Below, piece after piece: positions 40,117-52,479 of a DNA stretch of 64,000 bases. Under the pieces are notes generated by a model. That model was not told the DNA's origin. It searched no databases and worked only from the letters and a program-made list of their open reading frames with translations. The translations under genes were made by a program, and so were the position numbers. How positions within the stretch are numbered: the first letter of the stretch is position 1; every line of letters starts with the position of its first letter. The DNA lies in NCBI RefSeq assembly GCF_006345805.1, contig NC_042998.1, forward strand, positions 191,518,001-191,582,000. The letters run 5' to 3'. This DNA comes from Octopus sinensis (taxonomy: Eukaryota).

Positions 40117-40584
40117 TATGTATGTATGTATGTATGTATGTATGTATGTATGTATCTATCTATCTATCTATCTATCGATCGATAGATTTGTCTGTCTGTC
40201 TGTATGTATGTATGTATGTATGTATGTATGTATTATGTATGTATGCATGGATGTATGTGTGTATGTGTGTATGTATGTATGTATGTATGTATGTATGCAT
40301 GTATGAATGTATGTATGGATGTATGTATGAATGTATGTATGTATGTATGCATGTATGAATGTATGTATGTCTATATGTATGTATGTATGTATGTATGCAT
40401 GTATGAATGTATGCATGTATGTATGTATCTATGTATGCATGTATGAATGCATGTATGTCTGTATGTATGTATGCATGTATGAATGTATGCATGTATGTAT
40501 GTATGTTATGTATGTATGTATGAATGTATGTATGTATGTATGTATGTATGTATGCATGTATGAATGTATGTATGTATGTATGTA
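40117..40584. repeat. About 470-bp (TATG)n compound microsatellite with variant units
   Basis: Direct reading. Confidence 0.95.
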
Positions 40585-40903
40585 TTATTGGCGTATTAAA
40601 AGTGATCATAACATCGTTTGATTTAATTCGTATCTACTGTTAGGAACATGCAATGATGTCAATATGTCCCACGGATTTCTGTTCAGTGCGTTTATGTGAA
40701 GGTTATAATGGAAGTAAAGGCGGTCGTTTATAGTTTCGAAGCAGAAACAGTGTACTGTTATTGCGAGGGTGCAGGATGTTTTGATAATCACAGAAAGCTC
40801 CAGGTTCTTTACGGAGATTACTGCATTTACAAGAGTAATGTGCACAGTTGGATGGATATGTTTGAAGAAGGGGGAAACCAGTATTCAGCATTGAAAACAT
40901 ACC

Positions 40904-41470
40904 TATTTCATTATTACCCACAAGGGGCTAAACATAGAGGAGACAAACAAGGACAGACACAGGTATTAAGTCGATTACATCGACTCCAGTGTACATCGTA
41001 CGGTTACTGGTTCAGCCTTCTCTCCATCTAGCTGTCTCAACCTGCAAGTACCTATTTCTTTACTACCCACAAAGGGCTAAACACAGAGAGGACAAACAAA
41101 GACAGACAAACGGATTGAGTCGATTATATCGACCCTAGTGCGTAACTGGTACTTATTTAATCGACCCCGAAAGGATGAAAGGCAAAGTCGACCTCGGCGG
41201 AATTTGAACTCAGAACGTAACGGCAGACGAAATACCTATTTCTTTATTACCCACAAAGGGCTAAACACAGAGGGGACAAACAAGGGTACACATAGGTATT
41301 AAGTCGATTACATCGACCCCAGTGCGGAACTGGTACTTAATTTATCGACCCCGAAAGGATGAAAGGCAAAGTCAACTTCGGCGGAATTTGAACTCAGAAC
41401 GTAACGACAGACGAAATACCGCTAGGCATTTCGCCCGGCGCGGTAACGTGTCTGCCAGTTCGCCGCCTTA
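40904..41470 (-). mobile_element. SINE family B three-unit array with 14-bp TSD
   Basis: TSD attgaaaacatacc at 40890-40903 and 41471-41484. Units 41053-41236 and 41237-41420 are 184 bp each, with one head at 41421-41470. Terminal unit 40904-41052 carries about 60 bp of non-SINE sequence. Confidence 0.95.
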
Positions 41471-41638
41471 ATTGAAAACATACCACGCAGTGGCAGACCA
41501 TCAATTGCCATTGCTGACACTAATTACCAGCAAGGTGTTGAATTGATATGCGCGGACAGACAAGCCAAAATCTGTGAGTTCGCTGCACAACTGGCCTGTA
41601 ATCGCAATACACTCAAGAAGTTTAAGGAAGACTTTGGG

Positions 41639-41923
41639 AGAACAACGGTCTTCAGGTGGGTTTGAGTCTATGCTCCTCAATCTGCGACGATTTCATCTCA
41701 ATCGGAGGAGAGGGGCTTTCTCCGTCCGGGTTGCGGATCCGTTGGAATAAGCTGCCGGACGAGATAGTGAAGATGACGACGAAGATGCTCGGTTCAAAGT
41801 TTCTCTTGACCAGAAATGGCCTGAACTCTTTGCATGAATACCCTCCCTGTACATAACTCCATGTCCCTCTACATGGCCTTTCTGTTTGCTTTTTGAGCCA
41901 AAAAATTAACTTAACTTAACTTA
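41639..41923 (+). mobile_element. 5'-truncated CR1/L2-type LINE 3' end with (TTAAC)n tail and 8-bp TSD
   Basis: LRRFHLNRRRGAFSVRVADP-WNKLPDEIV..LDQKWPELFA* across a frameshift. TSD actttggg at 41631-41638 and 41924-41931. Confidence 0.85.
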
Positions 41924-42552
41924 ACTTTGGGTTAAATAAAACGTGTGTGTAAACTGAGTGGCATAAAAGCTGACTCTCAACTGAAAGGAGAAGATGAAGG
42001 GTGTTTTTGCTCTGATCTGTTAGAAGCATTTGAAGCTGGTGAAGACATTTATTTCGATCTTGTGTCAAGGATGAAATATATCTGTATGATCCAGAATAGA
42101 AAGTTCAATCCATGGAGTGATACATCTCTTTTCTCCAAAATCTCAAATGATCAAGAGTCGGCGATTGTTACCAGAAGTTATGGTTAAATGCCCTTTTTGT
42201 TTTAGGATGTCACGGAACGTAGCTCTACTGTGAACGGCAAGGGATACATTGAGAGACATTTCTTGAGTAAGTGACATACAGGAATCTGAAGACGGTCCAT
42301 ATTTCTCATTACAATGCTCGATCACAAATACCATTGGTAACAAAACAGGCAATCAGTAAGATAAGTTGATCTGAGTCCCCCTCGTGTACCATTTGGACAA
42401 GACCTACTAGCTTTCTATTTCATTTGTTTGGTCCAGTGAAGTAGTCATGTAGTAAGTACTATGATGTCCTAATTGGCTTCAGCACTCGCATCTTCCTCCT
42501 GTTCCACACTTTCCAAAATGTACTAATCTAATGTTAATATCAACCACATGGT

Positions 42553-42765
42553 AAAGTGAGGAGCTAGGAAAATCGTTACTGCTTCGGACAAAATGATTAG
42601 AAGCATTTTTCCGAATTTACGTCTGAGTTCAAATGCCGCCACACGCAACTTTGCCTCTCATCATACCGGGTTGGATGAAATAATTACTAGCTGAGCACTG
42701 GGGTCGATGGAATGGACTTACACACTTCCCAAGAATTACTGGCATTATATAAAACTTTGAAAAAA
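42553..42765 (+). mobile_element. SINE family B, diverged
   Basis: gagctaggaaaatcgttac..gagttcaaatgccgcc..gagcactggggtcgatgg. Confidence 0.8.
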
Positions 42766-44134
42766 ATATCAACCATATGACCATCGTCAGTCTAAGGCAA
42801 CCTGTAAATTCAACGGCAGTATTTCCCTTTGAAATTCTGCATAGATATTAAAATTATCCAAATTTATTTAATTTTATTCATAATGCAGAAATTCTTAATG
42901 ATATTGAATTATTTCTTCATGACGACTTAACTGATATCCTAGTTAGGTAAATATCTTTGTGGTTATCATGCTAAGCGTATGCAACCACTGCAATTGAAGA
43001 GTCAGACCAAATTTAAAGACCGATACAATCATTCAAACACAAGTTGTTGATTCAACGTTCGTATGTAATTGACATAAATTTATCAGTGAATGTCATTGAT
43101 GAATGACATTAAACTGGGAGACTACGCACATTTTTAAAATGTCAAGAAACATGCCTGTTATAATTCATGCGTATAAAATTATGATAAATAAAGAAACGGA
43201 GCGAGCAACAGAGGAAGGAAAGGTGATAAAGAGAAACTGAGAGAGATATGGGGAAAGACAAGGAAAGAGAAGGAAAGAAGATCTGTTCTTATATATTTAA
43301 TAAATAAATACTTTGAATTGATGCAATTATGTACGATATTCAAAAAATATCAAATTAATGTAATTCACAATATAACAAATGAACGTAATTTTCATCGGAT
43401 TTTGAGTAATTAAAATTTTTCTTATTGTCTTCTGCTCGATGTTTCCACAAGAAAGTTGAATCAAATACAATTAATAGTTTTGTGGGACGTCATGTCACCA
43501 TATACACTAAGGTTACTAGTGAAATTAAATTAATCTATTCATGAGAACTATATAACTATTAATTCGAATGACTTTATGCGTTAGAATTTTCTATATTTGA
43601 AATTAATATATTTCAGCAATTTTTCTTAATAGCTAAAGAGCGTATGTTATTATCGAAGTAAATTTCAAACAAGCAAAAATAGAAGTCTCAATTCTTTTAA
43701 AAATGGCATCGAAAGCAGTCGATAATCAGAAAGTGTGTCTAGTATTATATAATATAAAGAATGGAAAAAAAAATCCACTTGTTTTATATATGAAACATTT
43801 TCTTTAAAATGAACTGCTGACGAGAAACATCTCTTCGAGATCACAAGGTACTCCAACCTCTAACAATTATTGAAAATGCATCTTGCATGGTGCTGCTACA
43901 CACACAAATACTCTCTTTGCCTTTTCCACTGATACAGTAGCGGCTTTTGCTCCTCTGGGGCTAGTTGAACTCGTACCACCCTTACAAAAACTCTCTTGAT
44001 CAACTCGTCATTTTAATCAGACTCAATAGAAAAATAACCTTTAATCACCCTCTGCTGCAGCTGCTACTACTATTTAGCAAGTCCTCAACAGATCTATGAT
44101 CAAAGATTCTTTTTTTCATTCATACACAGCCGCC

Positions 44135-44502
44135 TTCAGCAATTCCATCATTTCACACATTTTGAAATTCAGGGTAATTGTTCAGTTTAGGATATCAAAA
44201 AGGTAAATAAAAATTAAGGGGGCGATAACTAGTAAAGGGAAATACATAAGTCAACATAAATACTGGATATTATTTACTTTGGAATTGATCAGAATGGCAC
44301 ATGGAAGACCAGCGGGACCGCAATTCATTTTTTCTGAAAGTGAAATCCTCAACCGTGAATCAATCTTGGAAGAATCTTGAAATATCACCCAATTAGCTGA
44401 ATCACAAGACAAGATTCTTCAGTGGTTGGCACGGAGTCGATTAATTATGAATTTATACGCGTGCGAAAATTGTAATTCGCCATGTTACCTTACTACAAAA
44501 TT
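44135..44502 (+). repeat. 368-bp direct repeat, copy 1; possible Merlin/IS1595-like transposase 5' end
   Basis: Near-identical to 46417-46785 with the same start and end. Encodes QDKILQWLARSRLIMNLY(A/T)CENCNSP, a WL..LI..CxxC pattern recalled from Merlin N-termini. Confidence 0.6.
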
Positions 44503-46137
44503 GCATATGTAAATATGTGCTGCCTTCTCCAAGACAGTAAGACATAATTCAAAATGGGGATTTTACTGTTATTTCTAGCAAGTCGGTCGACGATACACAG
44601 ACCTCTTTGACAGCTCCAATAGTTGACGGTACATAGGCAATTATCTGGTCCGGTATAGTCTTAAAGTGCACAGAAAGATAATTCGAGGTTTCTGTTGCTG
44701 TAACTGTGTTCTAGCTAATTAACATTTTAGTTAATTTATTTACTCATATCTATTTCTATCATCACAAGCAAAGTTATTGTAAAGACGTTTTTATAACTTA
44801 CTTGTGATATTCTGTTTAAGTTTGCATGCTCGGAACTAGAAGAAGAAAGAAAGGATTCCATGTTCTTTTCTTCTTTTTTTTTCTTCTCACAGTTAAATAT
44901 GAGGAACGGCAGAAGTGTACCGGACAGTAAACCTTGCAGTATATAGTTACCGTTATTCACCGACTTCGCCTTCCGGGAGTCATTTCTCTAAAGTACCACT
45001 AGTGGGGTCCGTTTGATCGACTTTATCATCCCCTAAGTTGTAGCTCGATGTCAATGCTTGAATAAATTACATAAGCCTTTGAATAATTTAACTGCAAGAT
45101 TTAGCTCTTGGGCCAAACACAGTAATTTTTTTTCTCAAATAAGTATATTATGAGAATTTTCGTCATATATATTCTTCTTTTGAGAATGTAATTATCATTT
45201 CTTGTGGTATTGTACAAAATACTATCTAAATTCAGTTTATATTAGTTGCTCCGTATTTCTTCTGCCTGATCGAATCATAAACGTTATTATCAATTCCAGT
45301 AGAATTTTACTAGAATAATTTGCGCAGGAGAATAGATAAGTTAAGTTCTCTTTCATTTGTCCAACCATGTTCATATAAAAATGATTGTTAAAATATGGCA
45401 TAAACGTCTGCTTGCAAAACTAAATATTAGTACACTTTACTGATTGATATTCAAATACACCAAGCAACGTAATTGTTTCAAACACCGTCACTATGTCTCA
45501 ACTCTGTTGTACATATATTGCTTCTTGCAACACTTCAAAGATAACAAATTAAATTATGCGACTAATATTCCGTCACAATACAACCTTTCATATATAAAAA
45601 TAAGATTAGTTAGAGTTTACATAATATGCTAAGGCTATGTTTTTGACAAAAGATCGTAGTTCAATAAAGGAGAGAACTAACTGTGTAAATATTTTCAAGT
45701 TTTCTCAGTCAAACAATTCGCGTTATGATTGAAATTAACTGAAAGAAAACAGACCATATAAAGACATTAATAGAATATTGAAACTCGATAGCATTTCTTC
45801 GTCCCCTCTCTGTCTTTCTCATTATTTTCCTCCCAACCTCCCTCTTTGTCTCTCTCCGAAATTTCCTCGTCTAAAACAAACCAAATAAAATATTTATATC
45901 AAACGCAGTTTTGCTAGTGGAAATGTATGCACGTCCTAGATGCGCATGCATCTTCCTTGTAAGATGAATTAGCATCTTATACTTGTTGCTCACACAGCAG
46001 GTAGGATAATACATATTTTATTTTAAACAAACAACAATCCATTCCTTTTCTCAAACTAACGAGTCATCCATACTATTCTATAAATGAACATATGTTAAAA
46101 CCAATTATTTAAATAGAGTTTCTCATGCTCTCTCTCT

Positions 46138-46179
<42 letters not shown>

Positions 46180-46416
46180 CTTTCTCTCTCTATCTCTCTC
46201 TCTCTCCCTTTTGCTTGGTCCGTCATCAACTATTTATTATCACATCCTGTGTAAGGTTTGACTGTAATTGGAAATAAAATATGAGCTCTCATCCCCTCGT
46301 GCAGACAATAAATTTCCGCACTTGGCACATGTGATCAATATTTCAGTCCATTTTCTAGGTAAACTCATTAATTAGCTTTTATCTCGGTAAATTTCCGAAG
46401 GGGATCTCATTTGCGT

Positions 46417-46785
46417 TTCAGCAATTCCATCATTTCACACATTTTGAAATTCGGGGTAATTGTTCAGTTTAGGATATTAAAAAGGTAAATAAAAATTAAG
46501 GGGGGAGATAACTAGTAAAGGGGCATACATAAGTCAACATAAATACTGGATATTATTTACTTTGGAATTGATCAGAATGGCACGTGGAAGACCAGCGGGA
46601 CCGCAATTAATTTTTTCTGAAAGTGAAATCCTCAACCGTGAATCGATCTTGGAAGAATCTTGAAATATCACCCAATTAGCCGAATCACAAGACAAGATTC
46701 TTCAGTGGTTGGCACGGAGTCGACTAATCATGAATTTATATACGTGCGAAAATTGTAATTCGCCATGGTACCTTACTACAAAATT
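46417..46785 (+). repeat. 369-bp direct repeat, copy 2
   Basis: See copy 1. Both begin ttcagcaattccatc and end ttactacaaaatt. Confidence 0.9.
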
Positions 46786-46859
46786 TAAGTTGACTTACGT
46801 CTCTTTACTAGTTATCTCCCCTTTAATGTTTATTTCCTTTTGTTTTAATATCCATAAAC

Positions 46860-47051
46860 TGGACAATTACACGTTTAGAGGAGGGGATAAGGCAATTACA
46901 TTGACCCTAGTGCTCACCTGGTACTTATTTTATTGCCCCACAAAGGATGAAAGGCATAGCCGACATCGGCGGAATTTGAACTCAGAACGTAAAGACAGGC
47001 AAAATGCCACTAAGCATTTTGCATGACGTGCTAACGAGTCTTCCTGCTCGG

Positions 47052-47054
<3 letters not shown>
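46860..47054 (-). mobile_element. SINE family B
   Basis: aggatgaaaggcatagccgacatcggcggaatttgaactcagaacgtaaag. Confidence 0.85.
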
Positions 47055-47094
<40 letters not shown>

Positions 47095-48143
47095 CACCTC
47101 TTTCATAACTCTTTTGTTGTCTACCTGAAACATAACTCTCAAATCAGCTTTATCACGCACGACGTTAATTTTATCTACAATCTCTAGTTTATCTTATTAC
47201 CTGTTAATGATGACCAAGTATATTGTCCGTTCGGCCGTTAGTCTTCAAAACCCTTTGATATAATCCTTCAAGTGATGGGATTTCGTCTTTTATTCTTTTT
47301 TTCTTTTTCGTTTTCCCTTCTTTTCTCTCTCCATCTCCCTCCTTCTATATCTCCTCATTCTTCCTTTCCTTATTCTGAACCCTCGAACGAATTCATTAAT
47401 GTATCAACATAAATATATATACTCCGAAATAGCTTCCGCTATACCCTTTCCCAGCTGTAACCTGATTGTTAGGGTCAATTTGCGTTATGTTCTGTTTAGT
47501 GAGAAAGTCTAAGTGTTAGATTTTACTTCTTATTCACCCGCAGGAAAGCTATTTTTTGCATGATGTAACGCTTTTGTTCATCAATATAATATACGTCTGG
47601 AATAGCAGGGAAACTCAACCCGTCATATTGTTTATTGTTCACCTAACACGAAACCTTCCATGTGTTTGGATCTATATCCTCTAGACGGTTGTGAAATATG
47701 TGCAGTGAGTGTACAGTTGTATAACTTTGAATACACGTTGTAGATTCTGTCAGTAATTGTGAATGTGTGCATAACTGGAATAAGAAAATCGTATTTACTT
47801 TACCTTGGTACTTTTACTATTTAAATGCCTGATTCTATCGGATCCTGTCCTGAATATTAATATTTTGTTATCATATGTGTGTGTGTGTATGTCGCACACA
47901 CATACATAGACATATAAATGTACTATGCATGTATATATGTGTGTATGCAAGTGTGTATTAGCATAGAGAAATACCATATAACATCCAGCATGTGATAATA
48001 TCTAGTAGTTGTCTGAATTGGTTTCAGCATATAAATATATTAATTTCAAGGCAACATGAAGGAGAAAAATAACCATTAATCATTCAATGTTGTCACGAAA
48101 TCTCACATGCAAAACGGAAAGAAAGGTTACAACCTTTCAAACT

Positions 48144-48184
<41 letters not shown>

Positions 48185-48380
48185 CAGTTTGAAATGCCAT
48201 ATACATTTATATATATATGCCATATATATATGTCATAGTTTGAAAGGATTTCTGACTGAAATAAGTGATTTCAATCGAGAACTGTGTCAACAGAAACTAT
48301 AATTAATATAAAAAAATATAGAAATGAACATGGGAAATATTAATCTATAATAGGAAAACAATAGTAAATTATTGATTATG

Positions 48381-48800
48381 TTTTCAAGTATTGGCACAAG
48401 GCCAGCAATATCGGAGAGGGTGTAAATCGATTCCATCGACCTTGGTGTTCAACTGATACATATTTTACCGCCCCAAAACGATGAAAAGCAAAGTCAACCG
48501 TGGCTGAATTTGAACTCATAACGGATGAAATGTCGAAAAGCATTTTGCCGAGTGTGCTAACGATTCTGACTTAGTAAAATTTAATAATAATCCTTTCTAC
48601 TACAGGCACAAGGTCTGAGATTTTGGTGTAGGGTCTAGTCAATTATATCGACCACAGTACGTAACTAGTACTTATTTCATCGGCCCTGAAAGGATATAAA
48701 GGCAAAGTCGACCTAGGCGGAATTTGAACACAGAACGTTAAGACACGAAATGCTGCTGAGCATTTTGCTTGGCTTGCTAATGATTCTGCCAGCACACGGC
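48381..48800 (-). mobile_element. Two adjacent SINE family B copies, each with its own head and a different tail
   Basis: Tails gttttcaagtattggcacaaggccagc (48381) and atcctttctactacaggcacaaggtctg (48590). Confidence 0.85.
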
Positions 48801-48832
48801 TTTAGGGAAATTGATAATAATCTCAACAATAA

Positions 48833-48868
48833 TGACGAGGATGATGATGACGATGATGATGATGATAG

Positions 48869-48906
<38 letters not shown>
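48833..48906. repeat. (GAT)n microsatellite
   Basis: Direct reading. Confidence 0.95.
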
Positions 48907-49129
48907 TCTTAAACTTTAAAGCAAAGTCAAAGAATTTGAGGAGGCATGCCCTAATAATATTTTCTGTGGTAGGCAGAAGTCTACACGTTTTGCGGGAAAA
49001 AGCGTCGAAATTTATGATAGCCCTATTTTTTGGTATCATACTTTTTCGAATCTGGAATAAGGAATGCGACAGTCGGCTTCTAGATTTGATAAAAATCTAA
49101 AGTAGTCCCTCACAAACCCAAAAGGATGG

Positions 49130-49622
49130 ACATTCTGTGGTGAGAATGCAATCGATTATATCGACCTCAGTATTTGATTAGTGCTTATTTTAATGATCGA
49201 GGAAGAAGAAGATCGAGGCTGAGGTAACCTTGGACGGATTTGAACCCAGGATATGAAAGAGAAGCGGTGATGTTACTAATAATATTAAAAAATGACATAG
49301 TTTCATAACATGGGTACACAGCGTCAAATTTGGAGGAATGGAGCAGTTAGATAAGTGTAAAATTAACTTTCGGCGAGATTTGAATTCAGAATCAAAAGAT
49401 TCAGAACAATCCTTTCCACTAAAGCCACAAGGCCTGAAATTTGGGGCTTGGGGACAAGTCGATTACAGCGATCCCAGTGTTTCACTGGTACTTAATTTAT
49501 CGACCCCGAAAGGATGAAAGGCAAAGTCGACCTCGGCGGAATTTGAACTCAGAACGTAGCGATGGTCGAAATACTGCTAATCATTTCGTCCGGCGTGCTA
49601 CCGATTCTGCCAGCTCGCCGCA
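49130..49622 (-). mobile_element. Cluster of SINE family B copies: two decayed, one near-intact at 49408-49622
   Basis: Three gaatttga(a)-type B-box segments. The intact copy ends gccagctcgccgc. Confidence 0.8.
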
Positions 49623-49670
49623 CAATGATGTCACGTTCACCAGTATAAACACAAATAAACGCACGAACGA

Positions 49671-49719
<49 letters not shown>

Positions 49720-50456
49720 AAGAGAGAGGGAGATGCACAAATGAAAGAGGTATATGCATGCATTTGTGTACGTTGAAAATTTGCCTCAGTGTGTTGCCAT
49801 TTTATTACTGCCTGGATCCAGGTCATCTCTGAAAAAGCAAATCTATAATGTAGGACTTTCTATTTCACTCCATCTGCTCTTTTATATGGTAAGCCAAATT
49901 TGTCAATTGTATGACGTGAGGTTAGATTTCAGAGAGATGTAGCTGTTATTTCTAATCAGTCGTGTGACCGCTTAGTATCTTCCTTTTTCTCTAGTTATGT
50001 CTATGTTTGCTAATGGAGCTCTTTAAACGTAAGTTATTGTTGTCAAGTTTGAATTGGTTCCCAAGAACGAAGACATTTTAAATGACACATCACTTGCTGC
50101 GTTAAAGAAGTCAATTTGATAAAGTGGATACCGTAGAAATGCTTTATAGTCATAAGTTACAAAATGAGAAGAAATACAGAAAAAATACTCAATTCTAAGT
50201 ATCAATTGAAACTAAAGTCGGGGCACAGTAATGTTATGAAGGAAGATTTTAACAAGAATCAGCTTGCAAATATATGGCCGCTAAAAAATGTTTTTATTTA
50301 TCTTTTCACCATCTCATTTTCTCATACTTCACTTCTACAATTTATTATTGTCTTAGTCTTCTGTGTATTTGAACGGATATGATTCAGCTATTGACACACA
50401 CACGAGTGTGGATATATGAACAAGTACGTGTATTTATTTCATTGGCAAAAAATTTC

Positions 50457-50540
50457 AAAGTGACTCATGGACCGGGCGTTTCGTGCACTGGCAATTTGAT
50501 AATTGCCAGTGCAGAAATTCTCGGTCATTGAGTCAACTTT
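50457..50540. repeat. 84-nt imperfect palindrome with a perfect 13-bp core
   Basis: tgcactggcaatt-tgat-aattgccagtgca, extended by tgactca/tgagtca and aaag/cttt. Confidence 0.85.
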
Positions 50541-50608
50541 CTAACTTATAACAACACGTGTTCTGACTTATACTTCCTGTTTGTATTACAAAATCTGTAT
50601 ATATATAT

Positions 50609-50682
<74 letters not shown>

Positions 50683-50869
50683 AACTTCTAAACAAGGGCA
50701 AAAGAAAGAATTCCAATGCCAAATATGCCGAAAATAGTCTTAAATCGTCAATAACCATATAATTCATCACTATAAGCACGCGTCTCGAAGGAAACCGACA
50801 GAAATTTCCAAAACATTTCGTTATTATCGAATCGGCCCCGATTTCTGAGTTAATTCATACAGAATTTTT

Positions 50870-50954
<85 letters not shown>

Positions 50955-50957
<3 letters not shown>

Positions 50958-51172
50958 GTACTTGTGTGTCTGTGTTTGTCCCCCCACCGTCTCTTGACAC
51001 CGATATTGCTGTGTTTATGTCCCCGTAACTTAGCGATTCGGCAAGAAAAGAGCCGATAGAATAAGTACTAGGCTTACACAGAATAAGTCCTGGGATCGAT
51101 TTGCTCGACTAAAGGCGGTATTCCAACACAGCCACAGTCAGATGACTGAAACAATTCAGAAAATAAAAGAAT
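50955..51172 (+). mobile_element. SINE family A 3' half, preceded by (TATC)n at 50872-50957
   Basis: tgtgtctgtgtttgtccccc..gactaaaggcgg..gactgaaaca. Confidence 0.85.
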
Positions 51173-51319
51173 AAATCTGAAATATCTGTAAACTAATCTA
51201 AAGAACGAGCGACTTCGCACTTTCTCAATATATTTTCAGTTACACATATTTATCTATCAATTTATCAAGCCATATATATGTTTGTATCAAGAAGTGCATA
51301 TATCCATATGTCAATATAT

Positions 51320-51705
51320 TCTTTTATTCTTTTTTTTCTTGTTTCAGTCATTTGATTGCGGCTATGCTGGAGTACCGCCTTTAGTCGAACTAATCGACCC
51401 CAGGACTTATTCTTTGTGAGCCTAGTACTTATTCTATCGGACTCTTCTTGCTGAACCGCTAAGTTACGGGACGTAAACACACCAACGCCGGTAGTCAAGT
51501 GATGGTGGGGAGGGACAAACACAAACACACAAAGATACGTATATACGACGGGCTTCTTTCAGTTTCCATCTACCAAATCCCCTCACAAGTCTTTGGTCGA
51601 CCCTTGCTGTAGTTGAAGATACTTGCCCAAGGTACCATGCAGTGGGACTGAACCTGGAACCATGTGGATGGTAAGCAAGCTACTTACCACACAGCCATTC
51701 CTGCA

Positions 51706-51707
<2 letters not shown>
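51320..51707 (-). mobile_element. SINE family A, full length, tail-to-tail with the previous copy
   Basis: Reverse complement of the full family A sequence. Confidence 0.9.
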
Positions 51708-51749
<42 letters not shown>

Positions 51750-51829
51750 CATACATATATTCTTTCCGTTATATGTTCTAGGGCATGTTGAGGCGCCACC
51801 ATTACTATCACCTTTTCAGTGGACATTCT

Positions 51830-52170
51830 CGTGTGGTTGGATTTGGTGAATGAATGGTGTATGTAATATTGCTTTTCTATATGAATTTCTTGCTGTGATA
51901 AAAGGTTCATCCGAGACCTTCGAGAACAGAAGGCCAAGGTGCTTCTTAAAACATCCGTCCCCACTTCAGATGATCTCTCATGTGTTTTGGAAAGTTATTA
52001 AACAGCTAAAATTCTCGATTTCCACGCTTTTTGACACCAAGTCTTTATTTTCGACAGCATGTTTGGAAGGTTTGATGCACTACAGGCTTTTTAAACTTTC
52101 GATACCAAAGCAGGGTACCGTGATCTCCAGGATCTTCGAAATATATATTACTGCTTACCTTTCCCGTCTT
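51830..52170 (-). mobile_element. CR1-type LINE 3' coding relic
   Basis: Minus strand: AVIYISKILEITVPCFGIES..LFNNFPKHMRD..DVLRSTL..DEP. Confidence 0.65.
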
Positions 52171-52479
52171 AGCATGTATATTCACATATAACCAGCTATA
52201 TTCATACACATATGCATAGTCACACAGGGATATTTATAACTTACTTTCGGTTACTGACATAAAATAGATGGCAGAGACATTCAACACCTTTTACACCAAC
52301 CTTTTTAAATCATGAGTGAAGACTCAACCTCCGTACATCATCAGAAAAGCTTGATCATCGACCGTCATAAACGTTGGAATAAGTACCAGCTCATCTGTGA
52401 AATTGAAAATTCACGTATCTGATGAAAGCAGACAAAGCTTCAGGAATAATGGCATAACAGCAGAGGCATTGAAGTGCAA

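Larger units (their letters stand above)
40690..42450 (+). mobile_element. Mariner transposase relic interrupted by a SINE array and a CR1 fragment
   Basis: After removing the inserts it reads YGDYCIYKSNVHSWMDMFEEG..ENIPRSGRPSIA..VELICADRQAKICEFAAQL..EDFG|LNK..DEIYLYDPE.KVQSME..HYNARSQ..FHLFGPVK. Confidence 0.85.

Noticed and set aside
40904-41470. Regularly spaced repeats as a CRISPR-like array
   Set aside because: The units are contiguous 184-bp SINE bodies without unique spacers, in a eukaryotic context.
41945-42352. ORFs 41945-42187(+) and 42143-42352(-) as host exons
   Set aside because: A third frame gives mariner transposase motifs (DE..YDPE, HxNAR, FHLFGP).
44135-46785. Direct repeats as LTRs of a TRIM/LARD
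   Set aside because: No TG..CA termini, PBS, polypurine tract or outer TSD seen.
48750-49100. ORF resembling a secreted acidic protein (signal-peptide-like start plus poly-Asp)
   Set aside because: The N-terminus is the antisense of a SINE family B head and the Asp run is a (GAT)n microsatellite. No splice or homology support.
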